NCBI GenBank assembly: GCA_963665095.1
Contig: OY762069.1
Location: 640,001 to 704,000 of the forward strand
Length of the DNA stretch: 64,000 nucleotides
Source of the DNA: an uncultured Desulfobacter sp.
GTDB lineage: Bacteria > Desulfobacterota > Desulfobacteria > Desulfobacterales > Desulfobacteraceae
Direction: 5' to 3'
Below the pieces are notes generated by a model that was not told the origin of the DNA, did not search any database, and saw only the letters and a program-made list of their open reading frames with translations. Shown here piece after piece: positions 10,417 through 20,197 of this stretch (position 1 is its first letter; every line of letters begins with the position of its first letter). The position numbers and the translations under genes were made by a program.

Positions 10417-10649
10417 GTCTTTCAACAGTACCCTGTCTGAACGAGCATAAAATCATATACATGTATACAATTCTATTCCATGATATCAAAGTACCTGTAT
10501 TTATAAGGCATTACTGATATTTTTATCTGTTTCGTAGTAGTTCCTCTACCGGCTGGTTTCACATTTTTTAGGAGAGGCTATAGCAGAGGTATAATATATA
10601 TTTTATTATTTCAGATTGTTAACATTTAAATAGCCATATTGATCAGGGG

Positions 10650-10664
10650 TGGCAGGCAAATTGC
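10650..10664 (+). promoter_or_regulatory. Sigma54 -24/-12 promoter of the acyl-CoA operon
   Basis: TGGCAG-GCAAA-TTGC (GG-N10-GC), 50 nt upstream of the ATG at 10715 and downstream of a sigma54 activator gene. Confidence 0.8.
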
Positions 10665-10714
10665 CTATATATAGGAATGCCTGGCCAGATAATTTATAAG
10701 GGAATAGATATAAT

Positions 10715-11473
10715 ATGACCCAAAAACACCTTGTGATACAAAACAATCCCCCGGGAATTTTACAAATCGGCCTGAATCGCCCTGACAAAAAAAACGCCAT
10801 CACCCATGCCATGTACAATGCCATGAAAGAGGCACTGGTGGCGGCAGACCGTGACCCTGATATCCGTATCGTCATGCTCCACGGATCAGAAGAGGTATTC
10901 AGCTCCGGAAACGATCTGGCAGACTTTAACAACCGGAAGCCAGGGGTTCCCTCACCAGGGTCACTGTTCTTAAAAACCCTGTGTTCCGTTGAAAAACCGG
11001 TGGTGGCAGCTGTCTCCGGAATGGCCGTAGGCGTTGGCGCAACCCTGCTTCTGCACTGCGATATTGTATATGCCGCAACCCATACCAGGTTTCATTTACC
11101 CTTTGTGGACCTAGGGCTTTGTCCTGAAGCCGGTTCCACGCTTCTGCTGCCGTCATTTGCCGGATATAAAAAAGCTGCCCATGCCCTGATGTTTGGCGAT
11201 TCCTTTGACGCCTCAACAGCACTGTCCCTTGGGCTGGTTACAGAAATCGTCCCCAAAGAGGGCCTCATGGCGCATGCCCTGAATCAGGTAACCCGGCTTG
11301 CCGGCAAACCCGCCAATGCCCTGTTGCAGACCAAGCGGTTGATGAAACTGGGCTTTGACCGGAAACTACTGGACCATATGGATTTGGAGTTCGAGGAATT
11401 CGGCAGGCTTTTGTTTTCCAGCGAGTCCAGATCGCTTAGAGATAAAATACTTAAAAAAGAATCGAAAAAATAA
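10715..11473 (+). CDS. Enoyl-CoA hydratase/isomerase (crotonase family)
   Basis: NRPDKKNA, FSSGNDL, AVGVGATLLLHCD, LGLCPEAGS. Confidence 0.93.
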   Translation: MTQKHLVIQNNPPGILQIGLNRPDKKNAITHAMYNAMKEALVAADRDPDIRIVMLHGSEEVFSSGNDLADFNNRKPGVPSPGSLFLKTLCSVEKPVVAAVSGMAVGVGATLLLHCDIVYAATHTRFHLPFVDLGLCPEAGSTLLLPSFAGYKKAAHALMFGDSFDASTALSLGLVTEIVPKEGLMAHALNQVTRLAGKPANALLQTKRLMKLGFDRKLLDHMDLEFEEFGRLLFSSESRSLRDKILKKESKK

Positions 11474-11488
11474 TCAAGGAGATCAAGT

Positions 11489-12361
11489 ATGGAAATTTCG
11501 AAACTCGTCGTTGTGGGATCCGGACTCATGGGCAGCGGGATCGCCCAGGTTGCAGCTCAGGCCGGTAAACAGGTTATCTTGAATGATGTCTCCGAACAGG
11601 CCCTGGAAAAGGCCAAGGCATCCATTGCCTGGTCTGTGAAAAAATTTGTGGAAAAGAAAAAGATTCAGGAGGATGAAGAGACCATTTTATCCAGAATCAC
11701 ATTTACCTCGGATCTTGAGACAGCCCGGGATGCCCAGATAGGAATTGAAGCGGTTTTTGAGAACATGGAACTGAAACAAAAGATTTTCAAGGACCTGGAT
11801 CAGGTCCTGCCCTCCCAGGCGCTTATTGCCTCCAATACCTCTGCTATTCCCATTACGGAACTTGCAAGCGTGACCTTGCGGCCGGAAAAGGTTCTGGGCC
11901 TTCATTTTTTCAGCCCGGTTCCCATGATGCAGGCCGTAGAGGTGATCAAAGGAATTGCCACCAGTGAAGAGACCATGGCCACAGGCCTTGAATTTGCCCT
12001 GGCCATTGGCAAGGAACCCATCCGGGTCAACCGGGACGTGGCAGGATTTGTGATTAACCGGATCAACTTCCCCTCCACCATGGAGGCCATGCGGCTGGTG
12101 GAAGAGGGCGTGGCATCCTGTGAAGATATCGACAAGGGCTTAAAGCTTGCTTCAGGTAGGAAAATGGGGATATTTGAAACCGGAGATATGGTGGGACTGG
12201 ATATCACCTATGGCGCCCTTACGGCCATGTACGAGGAGACCGGCGATCCCAGATGGGTGCCCCCCCTGCTGCTGAGACGAAAGGTCAAGGCAGGCCATCT
12301 TGGCAGAAAGACAGGCAAGGGCTGGTATGAATACAATGAGGATGGATCACGTAAAGAATAA
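11489..12361 (+). CDS. 3-hydroxyacyl(butyryl)-CoA dehydrogenase
   Basis: VVGSGLMGSGIA, EAVFE, ASNTSAI, GLHFFSP, GHLGRKTGKGWY. Confidence 0.95.
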   Translation: MEISKLVVVGSGLMGSGIAQVAAQAGKQVILNDVSEQALEKAKASIAWSVKKFVEKKKIQEDEETILSRITFTSDLETARDAQIGIEAVFENMELKQKIFKDLDQVLPSQALIASNTSAIPITELASVTLRPEKVLGLHFFSPVPMMQAVEVIKGIATSEETMATGLEFALAIGKEPIRVNRDVAGFVINRINFPSTMEAMRLVEEGVASCEDIDKGLKLASGRKMGIFETGDMVGLDITYGALTAMYEETGDPRWVPPLLLRRKVKAGHLGRKTGKGWYEYNEDGSRKE

Positions 12362-12401
12362 CGCATGACGCCATACCGGCGTTATGAACAAGGAGTGGCA
12401 C

Positions 12402-13637
12402 ATGAGTGAAAAAATCGTACTGGCAGGCGGGGTCCGCACCCCTGTGGGCAGGTATATGGGCGGTCTCAAAGATGTTGAGGCCTATGACCTGGCTGCGCTG
12501 GTTCTGAACGCCGCCGTTAAAAAGGCAGGCATTGAGCCGGAACAGGTGGATGAAGTGATTCTGGGTCAGTCCTATCAGAACGGCGAATATGTCAATATCG
12601 CACGGATGGGACTTCTTGCGGCCGGATGGCCCGAGGCCATTGCCGGTCTCACCGTTGACCGGCGCTGCTGCAGCGGGCTTGAAAGCATCCGCCTGGGGGC
12701 GTCCCTGATTCTGTCCAACCAGGCCGAGGTGGTGGTTGCCGGGGGCGTGGAGAGCATGAGCCATGGGGAATTTTATCTGCCCGGCAATGTTAAGTGGGGC
12801 ATTGGGGGAGAAAAGGGCATGCCCCGGGGGCATGGTGATCTCTCCATCTGGGGGTTGCCCATGTATGACCGGATTCAAAGAGCCCGGGTCATGTCCCAGC
12901 CCATAGACCGCTACGGGGTGCTGCCCTCCATGATGTCCTGGGCTGAAACCGGTGCCGCTGAAGAGGGGATTACCAGGGAAGCCTGCGATGCCTGGGCCCT
13001 GGCGAGCCATCAAAAGGCCTGCAGCGCCATTGCCCGGGGAGACTTTGATCAGGAAATGGTGCCGGTATCCATGCCCCGGCGTAAAAAAGAGGATCTGGTT
13101 ATCAGCCGGGATGAAAATCCACGGGAAGATACCTCTCTTGAGCGCTTAAGCAAACTGAAACCGGTGCTGGGCGGGGTCTGCACGGCAGGTAACTCATCCA
13201 CAGAAAATGACGGCGCCGCCGCCTTGGTCATGTGCACGGAAAATAAGGCAAAAGAGCTGGGTATCAAGCCTTTGGCCTCTTTAAAATCCGTTGCTGTTGC
13301 AGGGGCAGATCCACGGCGCGCCTATTTGACCGTGCCGGCGGCAGTGGGAAAAGCGTTGACCACAGCCGGTGTCCAGCTCAAAGATCTGGACCTGGTGGAA
13401 ATACAGGAGGCCTTTGCAGCCCAGGTGCTGGCAGACCTCAAAGTCATGGGATATGAAGACCATGACCGGGTAAATGTGAACGGATCCGGCATTTCCTTAG
13501 GCCATCCCATTGCCTGCACCGGAACAAGGGTGCTGGTTTCCATGCTCTATGAGATGGAGCGACGGGATTCACATCTGGCCATGGAAACCATCTGCGGCGG
13601 AGGCGGCTTAGGTATTGCCGCTGTTGTGGAACGATAG
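12402..13637 (+). CDS. Acetyl-CoA C-acyltransferase (thiolase)
   Basis: RTPVG, RRCCSG, TAGNSS..NDGAA, EAFAAQ, GHPIACTG, CGGGG; SD 'aaggag' before the ATG at 12402. Confidence 0.95.
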   Translation: MSEKIVLAGGVRTPVGRYMGGLKDVEAYDLAALVLNAAVKKAGIEPEQVDEVILGQSYQNGEYVNIARMGLLAAGWPEAIAGLTVDRRCCSGLESIRLGASLILSNQAEVVVAGGVESMSHGEFYLPGNVKWGIGGEKGMPRGHGDLSIWGLPMYDRIQRARVMSQPIDRYGVLPSMMSWAETGAAEEGITREACDAWALASHQKACSAIARGDFDQEMVPVSMPRRKKEDLVISRDENPREDTSLERLSKLKPVLGGVCTAGNSSTENDGAAALVMCTENKAKELGIKPLASLKSVAVAGADPRRAYLTVPAAVGKALTTAGVQLKDLDLVEIQEAFAAQVLADLKVMGYEDHDRVNVNGSGISLGHPIACTGTRVLVSMLYEMERRDSHLAMETICGGGGLGIAAVVER

Positions 13638-13676
13638 ACCCCGATATGCACATTCCCTGACAAGGAGCCCGGATGC

Positions 13677-15497
13677 ATGCCCCAGATCATCGCTGACCAG
13701 AGGGATATTGAGTTCAACCTTTACGAGCTTTTTAACGTTGAAACCCTGTGCGGCCATAATAGATTTAAGGAATTTAATAAAGCGGCTTTTAAATTAATCC
13801 TGGCCGAAGCCCGGGAGTTTGCGTTGAAAGAGATGCTTTCCGTGTATCAGGGAGTCCATGCCCCGGGTGTCTGCTACAAGGATGGCGGGGTCCATGTGCC
13901 GGACAGTTTTCACCGGGTTCACCGGCATTACTGTGAAAACCTGTGGACAGCGCCTGCTTCGGACCGGGCCTTTGGCGGTCAGGGCCTGCCCCATCTGATC
14001 ACCGCAGCCATTGGCGAATACATGATGGGCTCCAACTGGTCCCTTTACGCCTATGGTTCCATGGGCGCTGTCACCGGCGATATTATCCGGCAGTTCGGTT
14101 CCCGTGCCCAGAAAAAGACCTATGTCAAAAAACTGTATGCAGGAGAGTGGGGGGGCAGCATCCTGCATACAGAGTCCTGGGCCGGAACCGACTTAGGTGC
14201 TTTGTCCGCAGGTGCTGCTATAAATCCTGACGGCACCTTTTCCATTACAGGAAGCAATATCTATATCACCAACGGCGATCATGACCTGTGTCAAAACATC
14301 ATCCATATGGTTCCGGCAAGGATCAAGGATGACCCGGAAGGGGCCATGGGGCTGTCCATGTTTATTGTTCCCAAATTTCTGATCCAAAGGGACGGCCGGC
14401 CCGGCGAACCCAATAATATTGTGTGCACGGGAATTGAAAGAAAACACGGGCTTCATGGCAGTGCCACCTGCTCAATGTCCCTTGGGTCTGGAAAACGTTG
14501 TGTCGGATACCTTCTTGGCCGGCAGAAACAGGGCATGCAGATCATCACCGCCATGATGAACCACTCCCGTCTGAACATGGGGCTGATGGCCCTGGCCTAT
14601 GGCTCCAGTGCCTACCTGTATGCCTTGAATTATGCCCGCAGCAGGATACAGGGCGGTATTCTTGAAAGCCTGGTTTATCCCGAAACCATGCCGGCACCCA
14701 TTATCCGCCACCCCGACGTGAAACAGAATCTTATGCAGATGAAAGCCGTGACCCAGGGGATGCGCAGTCTGATATATTATGCCATGGCCCTGAAGGACAG
14801 GGCGGCAGTTGAAACAGATACGGCGCAGCAACAGCAGCTTGAAACGCTTTTAAACCTGATGATTCCTCTGATCAAAGGCTATGGCTGTGAGCAGGGATAC
14901 AACACCTGCATAAGAGCCATCCAGGTATTTGGAGGGGTGGGCTATCTCAAGGATTATCTGGTGGAATCCATTGCCAGAGATTGTAAAATTACCACCCTTT
15001 TTGAGGGGTGCACTGAAATCCAGGCCATGGAACTGCTCAGCTTAAAGCTGTTGAAAGACCGGGGGCAGGCCCTTAATATCCTGGTCAAAAACATGACCGC
15101 ACTCATAAATAAAACCCGGGAACAGGATCAGGTTAAAGCCATGGGGCACAGTTTCAGTGTCCTTGTGACCCGGTTCAGCGAAGTCTGGGACCTGCTGGAA
15201 AATCAGCTGGAGGGCCATGAACCCAGGACCTGTTTTGCCTATGCCCCTGACTTTATGAACGTCATGGGAGAGGTCTGTATGGGATGGATGCTTTTATGGC
15301 GGGCGCATGTCGCTGAAACGGCCCTTGGACAGAAAAACATTGAAAAATCAGATCAGGATTTTTATACCAGTCAGATCAGGACGGCCCGTTATTTTTTTCA
15401 GGTGCTGATGCCGGTGACCCAGGGCCGAATTGAGGCACTTACCGTTTTCCCGTCCGTGATCTCGGAAGTGGCGGAGGCAGATTTCGGGGCCATATAG
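13677..15497 (+). CDS. Acyl-CoA dehydrogenase (long, about 600-aa type)
   Basis: FGGQGLP, TE..AGTDLG, ITNGDHD, ERKHGLHGSATC, IQVFGGVGY, FEG.TEIQA. Confidence 0.92.
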   Translation: MPQIIADQRDIEFNLYELFNVETLCGHNRFKEFNKAAFKLILAEAREFALKEMLSVYQGVHAPGVCYKDGGVHVPDSFHRVHRHYCENLWTAPASDRAFGGQGLPHLITAAIGEYMMGSNWSLYAYGSMGAVTGDIIRQFGSRAQKKTYVKKLYAGEWGGSILHTESWAGTDLGALSAGAAINPDGTFSITGSNIYITNGDHDLCQNIIHMVPARIKDDPEGAMGLSMFIVPKFLIQRDGRPGEPNNIVCTGIERKHGLHGSATCSMSLGSGKRCVGYLLGRQKQGMQIITAMMNHSRLNMGLMALAYGSSAYLYALNYARSRIQGGILESLVYPETMPAPIIRHPDVKQNLMQMKAVTQGMRSLIYYAMALKDRAAVETDTAQQQQLETLLNLMIPLIKGYGCEQGYNTCIRAIQVFGGVGYLKDYLVESIARDCKITTLFEGCTEIQAMELLSLKLLKDRGQALNILVKNMTALINKTREQDQVKAMGHSFSVLVTRFSEVWDLLENQLEGHEPRTCFAYAPDFMNVMGEVCMGWMLLWRAHVAETALGQKNIEKSDQDFYTSQIRTARYFFQVLMPVTQGRIEALTVFPSVISEVAEADFGAI

Positions 15498-15603
15498 TCA
15501 GTTCCTGTAGAAAAACGGCTTTTTTGCCAGTTGGCACTATGCCCTAAACCCTTATTCCTAATTAGACAGAATTCGTTATTTGCTGAAAGGATTTGACCAG
15601 AAC

Positions 15604-16029
15604 ATGACATTTCAATTTTCCCTGCCCCTTGAGGTGGATACAGGGTCAAAGGAGCCGGACAACCACCTGGTCCACCATAATCATATTTTACTGTTCCAGC
15701 AGGCCAGAGTGGCCTATCTGAAACAGTTTGGCTATACGGAACGAAATATTGAAGGGTTCCGGACTTTTATTGTAGAGGTGGCCTGTACGTATAAAAACGA
15801 GCTTTTCAATCAGGACCAAATTGAGGTCAAGTGCCGGATGGATGAGATTAAAGGTAAAGTGTTTTCCATGTCCTATTCCATTGAAAAGGACGGGATAGTC
15901 TGCGCCCATGGCATGACCAAAAGTATTTGCATCAACCCGGTTTCCAAAGAACCTGTCCCCGTTCCTGACGCTTTTGCGGCGGCAGTTGCCCGATACGAAT
16001 CAAAGGCAAACAGCCGTACTCAAGGGTAG
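15604..16029 (+). CDS. Acyl-CoA thioesterase (4HBT/hotdog fold), divergent
   Basis: FQQARVAYL, IVEVACTYKNEL, PVPVPDAF pattern; last gene of the beta-oxidation operon. Confidence 0.75.
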   Translation: MTFQFSLPLEVDTGSKEPDNHLVHHNHILLFQQARVAYLKQFGYTERNIEGFRTFIVEVACTYKNELFNQDQIEVKCRMDEIKGKVFSMSYSIEKDGIVCAHGMTKSICINPVSKEPVPVPDAFAAAVARYESKANSRTQG

Positions 16030-16241
16030 ACTGCCACTATCCCTATATATCAAATGGAACCCTTAAAGGACGGTTTGTACTTAGGCATCGCACAAAAATA
16101 AATAGCACATCTTGCTTGCCCTTTGCCCCATATACTGCGTTGCAGCAAAGGTTTGATAGGCTTGCTATTAAACGTTTGATGCGCTTTATATATGGATCAA
16201 AATTCAGCGCAATATTATGCCATTTATTTCCGCGCAATGTC

Positions 16242-16637
16242 TTAGTAGCGTTGATTTTCGATTTTTTTGAGTGCCTTTTCAAGGGATATGTTCCGCTCTT
16301 CAATGGTATTTTTTTTTGTTGTTGCGGAACCATAGATAATGAAAATATCTGCGGCCTTAGCTAATTTACGCAGGATTAGTTTTAGATCTGCCTTCCTGGC
16401 AGTGATCTGCAGGCCCTGGCTGGTATAACTTAGATCCACCAGACCCTGCTTCACGGCCGCTTCACCAATTGCGGCATTGATACCTCGGCCGGCATTACCT
16501 TGACATATGACCAGCATAAAAATCAGAATACATGTTTTTTTTAAACTGCCGGGGGGAGTAGTTTTACAAAGGTATCGGTTACGTGTGTCTGCCCAGAATT
16601 TCTGACTGAACAGTTTATGGCGATTCCGCAGTTTCAT
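16242..16637 (-). CDS. Hypothetical exported protein or truncated fragment (secretin N-domain/STN-like)
   Basis: Hydrophobic signal-like stretch, then ARKADLKLILRKLA...ISLEKALKKI and an abrupt end. Confidence 0.4.
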   Translation of the reverse strand: MKLRNRHKLFSQKFWADTRNRYLCKTTPPGSLKKTCILIFMLVICQGNAGRGINAAIGEAAVKQGLVDLSYTSQGLQITARKADLKLILRKLAKAADIFIIYGSATTKKNTIEERNISLEKALKKIENQRY

Positions 16638-17243
16638 TAAAAAACCTTCATCATCGGATTTGGCTTTATGTTTCGATAGTAATCGGGTCCTGTGTCGACT
16701 GATGTGAAAAGCCTTTTATGGCGCCCATTTCATTTTCGTCCCGTTCAAAGGGACCATCAAGATTGGATTGATTGTTCTTTTGGATTTTCAAAACAAAATA
16801 TTTATATTGTATACTATGTATTTTGTCAAATTTATGAGCATTGGTGACACAATATGCTGATATTTTATGTAAATACGCTATTAAATATTAGTTAGAATAC
16901 GTTTTAATTTGTAGTAGAAAATAGCTGTGTCAATATTGGTTTGAAAAAAGATGATGTGTAAATATTGCACAACTTGGAATTAGGCTTCGTTCTTCCTTGA
17001 AAGTGGTAAGTCGTTTTATATCAATTTGATATTATAAGATATTTTTTAAAGTATAGCGTCTTAATTGATTTGTTCGGCATGCAGGTATTGGGTCAATAGT
17101 TTACATTTCACTAAGATATATATGGCAAACCGTGTTGAAAATGTACATTCCAGGAAAATTTCTCTTGAAAAAAGCGTCCATTCAATATTTGAAATCAATA
17201 AATTATTCATAAAATCATATTGTTAGCTATCTGTATAACCACC

Positions 17244-17258
17244 TGGCATGAATATAGC
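17244..17258 (+). promoter_or_regulatory. Sigma54 -24/-12 promoter
   Basis: TGGCATGAATATAGC (GG-N10-GC) at the end of a long AT-rich intergenic region. Confidence 0.65.
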
Positions 17259-17456
17259 TAAATACCTTAACTGGTTAGGACCGAGTCTTATACGTTAACG
17301 CCCTAGCCGATGCTGAACTGAACCGGTATTGCGCAGATATGCCAGATGCCCACCAGAAGAATTCTCAAAGGAGTTTATCCATGAATCAGAATAGCGGAAA
17401 ACATGCATCCCCCTTACCTCTCAAAGTTAACATGTCAATAAATTAATCCCGTAATC

Positions 17457-18713
17457 ATGAAAACACTTGAACAGATTAACGATAAAATTGCGGCCGGGCA
17501 GGCGGTTGTGCTCACGGCCGATGAAATTATAGATTATGTGGACCGCAAAGGCCTTGATCAGGCTGCAAAAGAGGTTGATGTTGTTACCACTGCCACCTTT
17601 GGCCCCATGTGCTCGTCCGGATGTTTTTTAAACTTCGGCCACTCAAAACCCAAAATGCGGATGACCGAAGTCTGGGTGGATGATGTCATGGCCTATGCCG
17701 GGATTGCTGCCGTCGACGCCTATCTTGGCGCCACCCAGCTCAGACATAACGATCCTGCAAACATGTACCATCCCGGTGATTTTCTATACGGTGGCGGCCA
17801 TGTGATCGAAAAACTGGTGGCCGGTGAAGAGCTCCAGCTGTTTGCCCTGTCATACGGCACAGATGAGTATCCTCTCAAAGAACTGAGAACCTATTTCACC
17901 ATGGATGATCTCAACCAGGCCATCATGACCAACCCGAGGAACTGCTACCAGAACTATAATGTGGCGATCAACTGTTCTGACAGGCCCATATATACCTATC
18001 TGGGTGAACTGCGACCGAACATGAAAAACCTCACCTATTGTTCTGCGGGTCAGTTGTCTCCTCTGCTTAATGATCCTCTATATAGAACCATTGGTATCGG
18101 CACCAGCGTCTGGCTTGCAGGTGCCCGTGGACATGTGTACGCCCAGGGGACCCAGCATGCTTCGGATTGTCTGCGCGGCGACAATGATGTCCCCATGGAG
18201 GGAGCCGGCACCCTGGCTTTAACCGGCAACATGAAGGAGATGGACAGCGAATTTGTCCGCGGAGTCAGCCTGAAAGGATATGGGGTATCCCTGGCCTTAG
18301 GTGTGGGAATCCCGATCCCCATACTGGACAAAGAGGTCCTTAAATACTGCACGGTGCGTGACAGCGAAATCTTTGCCGAAGTCATTGACTATGCGTCCGC
18401 ATATCCCGAGCGTCGTGGGGATATTGTAGCCAGAGTCTCCTACGCAGATCTTAGAGGGGAAGAGTCCCAGATAGAAGAGGGCCTGGAATTTATACAATCT
18501 TTAAATGTGGACATTGACCTGACCATGAACAGCCTGTCATGGGACAAGGACAAATGCACCGGATGCGGCAATTGCGTGCCGCATTGTCCTACTGGCGCGC
18601 TTCATGTCGTAAATAACAGAACAAGGGAAATAGATTTCCAGCGGGATAAATGCATTGAATGCCGCAGCTGTATCAGAAACTGTCCTTTCGGGGCCTGCTC
18701 CTGTCTTTTCTGA
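17457..18713 (+). CDS. DUF39 homocysteine biosynthesis protein (aspartate-semialdehyde sulfurtransferase type) fused to a partial NIL and 2x[4Fe-4S] ferredoxin
   Basis: VDVVTTATFGPMCSSG, NPRNCYQNY, AGQLSPLLNDP, LGVGIPIP; C-terminal CTGCGNCVPHCP and CIECRSCIRNCP. Confidence 0.85.
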   Translation: MKTLEQINDKIAAGQAVVLTADEIIDYVDRKGLDQAAKEVDVVTTATFGPMCSSGCFLNFGHSKPKMRMTEVWVDDVMAYAGIAAVDAYLGATQLRHNDPANMYHPGDFLYGGGHVIEKLVAGEELQLFALSYGTDEYPLKELRTYFTMDDLNQAIMTNPRNCYQNYNVAINCSDRPIYTYLGELRPNMKNLTYCSAGQLSPLLNDPLYRTIGIGTSVWLAGARGHVYAQGTQHASDCLRGDNDVPMEGAGTLALTGNMKEMDSEFVRGVSLKGYGVSLALGVGIPIPILDKEVLKYCTVRDSEIFAEVIDYASAYPERRGDIVARVSYADLRGEESQIEEGLEFIQSLNVDIDLTMNSLSWDKDKCTGCGNCVPHCPTGALHVVNNRTREIDFQRDKCIECRSCIRNCPFGACSCLF

Positions 18714-18828
18714 TGCGGCCCGGAAAAGCGTTGTCATTTAAGGGTCAGGTATATGCGGTGGCGAACGGTCTGCCGAATGATTTTTCATGGTGAATTTCAC
18801 CACTACTATAATTTGAAAGAGAGGTATT

Positions 18829-20115
18829 ATGATTTATCCCAGTGAATATGAACTGGAAGAGGGCATGAACTATCCAACCAATGCCGATTTTACAGTAAAC
18901 CATTGTGAAACAACCGGCAGCGGCATTTATGCCCTGGATATCCTAGAATTAATTTCAGCCAAGTGCCCCCAGACCCAGGTGTTGTTGTTCACCCCGCCGG
19001 GGTCATTAAAATTTGCCAACCTAGGACTGAGGGCCGGGGCCTACCATTATTCTACATTGCCCATCAGTAATGAGGAGCTCAAGCTGCTCATGGAATCAGC
19101 CATACAGGCAAAACCCCAGTTAGGCCCCAACATGCTGTTTAAGGCCGATGCGGAGAAAACCACCTTTGAGAGCATGATCGGCAGATCTTCGGTGATGCAG
19201 AGAACTTACCGTCAGATTCGTCAGGCTGCTGCCACGGATATTCCGGTTCTGATTTCAGGAGAAACCGGTACGGGCAAGGAACTGGCAGCCCAGGCCATTC
19301 ATGAATTAAGCACCAGAACCAGCGCCGCCTGCATCCCGGTGCATATTGCCTCTCTTCCCCAGGATCTGGTGGCAAGCGAGTTGTTCGGTCATGTGGCCGG
19401 CGCGTTTACCGGGGCGTCCCGGTCCAGGAAGGGCTGTTTTGAACTGGCAGAGGGGGGAACTGTTTTCCTGGATGAGATCGGCACCATTGATCAGAAAATG
19501 CAGGTCAGCCTTCTTCGGCTTCTGGAGACCAGTGAATTCTGCAAAATCGGCAGCCAGGAGAGCCAGAAGGTTGATGTCCGGGTGATTGCCGCCACCAACG
19601 CAGACCTGGCCGATGAAATAAAGCTTGGCAATTTCAGGGAAGATCTATATTACCGCCTGGATGTTCTGAATATCGAAATGCCGCCGTTGCGGGAGCGCAA
19701 CGGGGATATCCCCTTGCTGGTCAGCCATTTTATCAAGCAGGCCTGTGACGATTTCAAAAAAAATATCCGGGGCATGTCTTCGGATTTCATTAATTGTGTA
19801 GAGGCCTATCCCTGGCCGGGCAATGTCAGGGGGCTGAAAAACGACATCCAGCGTGCCGTGGTCTCTGCCACTGAAGATGTCCTTAGAACAGGCAATCTGC
19901 CGGGACGAATCAGTCAGTACCAGGACCGGGAAACCCGGATGACCATCCGGGTGGGGATGACCATGGCCCAGGTGGAAAAGGAGCTGATTATCAGAACCCT
20001 GGGACACACCGGGGGAAACCGGTCCCGGGCCAGCGAAATCCTGGGCATTTCCCGCCGGGCCCTGTACAATAAAATGGAACGACACGGGCTGCAAAAAAAA
20101 TCTTCAACGGCCTGA
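18829..20115 (+). CDS. Sigma54-dependent regulator with a degenerate N-terminal receiver-like domain
   Basis: GETGTGKE, GAFTGA, FLDEIG, WPGNVR; HTH; N-terminus lacks a clear acidic pocket. Confidence 0.9.
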   Translation: MIYPSEYELEEGMNYPTNADFTVNHCETTGSGIYALDILELISAKCPQTQVLLFTPPGSLKFANLGLRAGAYHYSTLPISNEELKLLMESAIQAKPQLGPNMLFKADAEKTTFESMIGRSSVMQRTYRQIRQAAATDIPVLISGETGTGKELAAQAIHELSTRTSAACIPVHIASLPQDLVASELFGHVAGAFTGASRSRKGCFELAEGGTVFLDEIGTIDQKMQVSLLRLLETSEFCKIGSQESQKVDVRVIAATNADLADEIKLGNFREDLYYRLDVLNIEMPPLRERNGDIPLLVSHFIKQACDDFKKNIRGMSSDFINCVEAYPWPGNVRGLKNDIQRAVVSATEDVLRTGNLPGRISQYQDRETRMTIRVGMTMAQVEKELIIRTLGHTGGNRSRASEILGISRRALYNKMERHGLQKKSSTA

Positions 20116-20197
20116 CCCTCACATCCGGACCATTTATTCGTTTTGACAGGAGGCATATGGACGAAAAAACAGTCACCGAGTCTGTATATGAATCCTA

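Noticed and set aside
17124..17160. Possible c-di-GMP-I riboswitch (ggcaaacc...gaaa)
   Set aside because: The following GACGCAAA segment and second stem are absent
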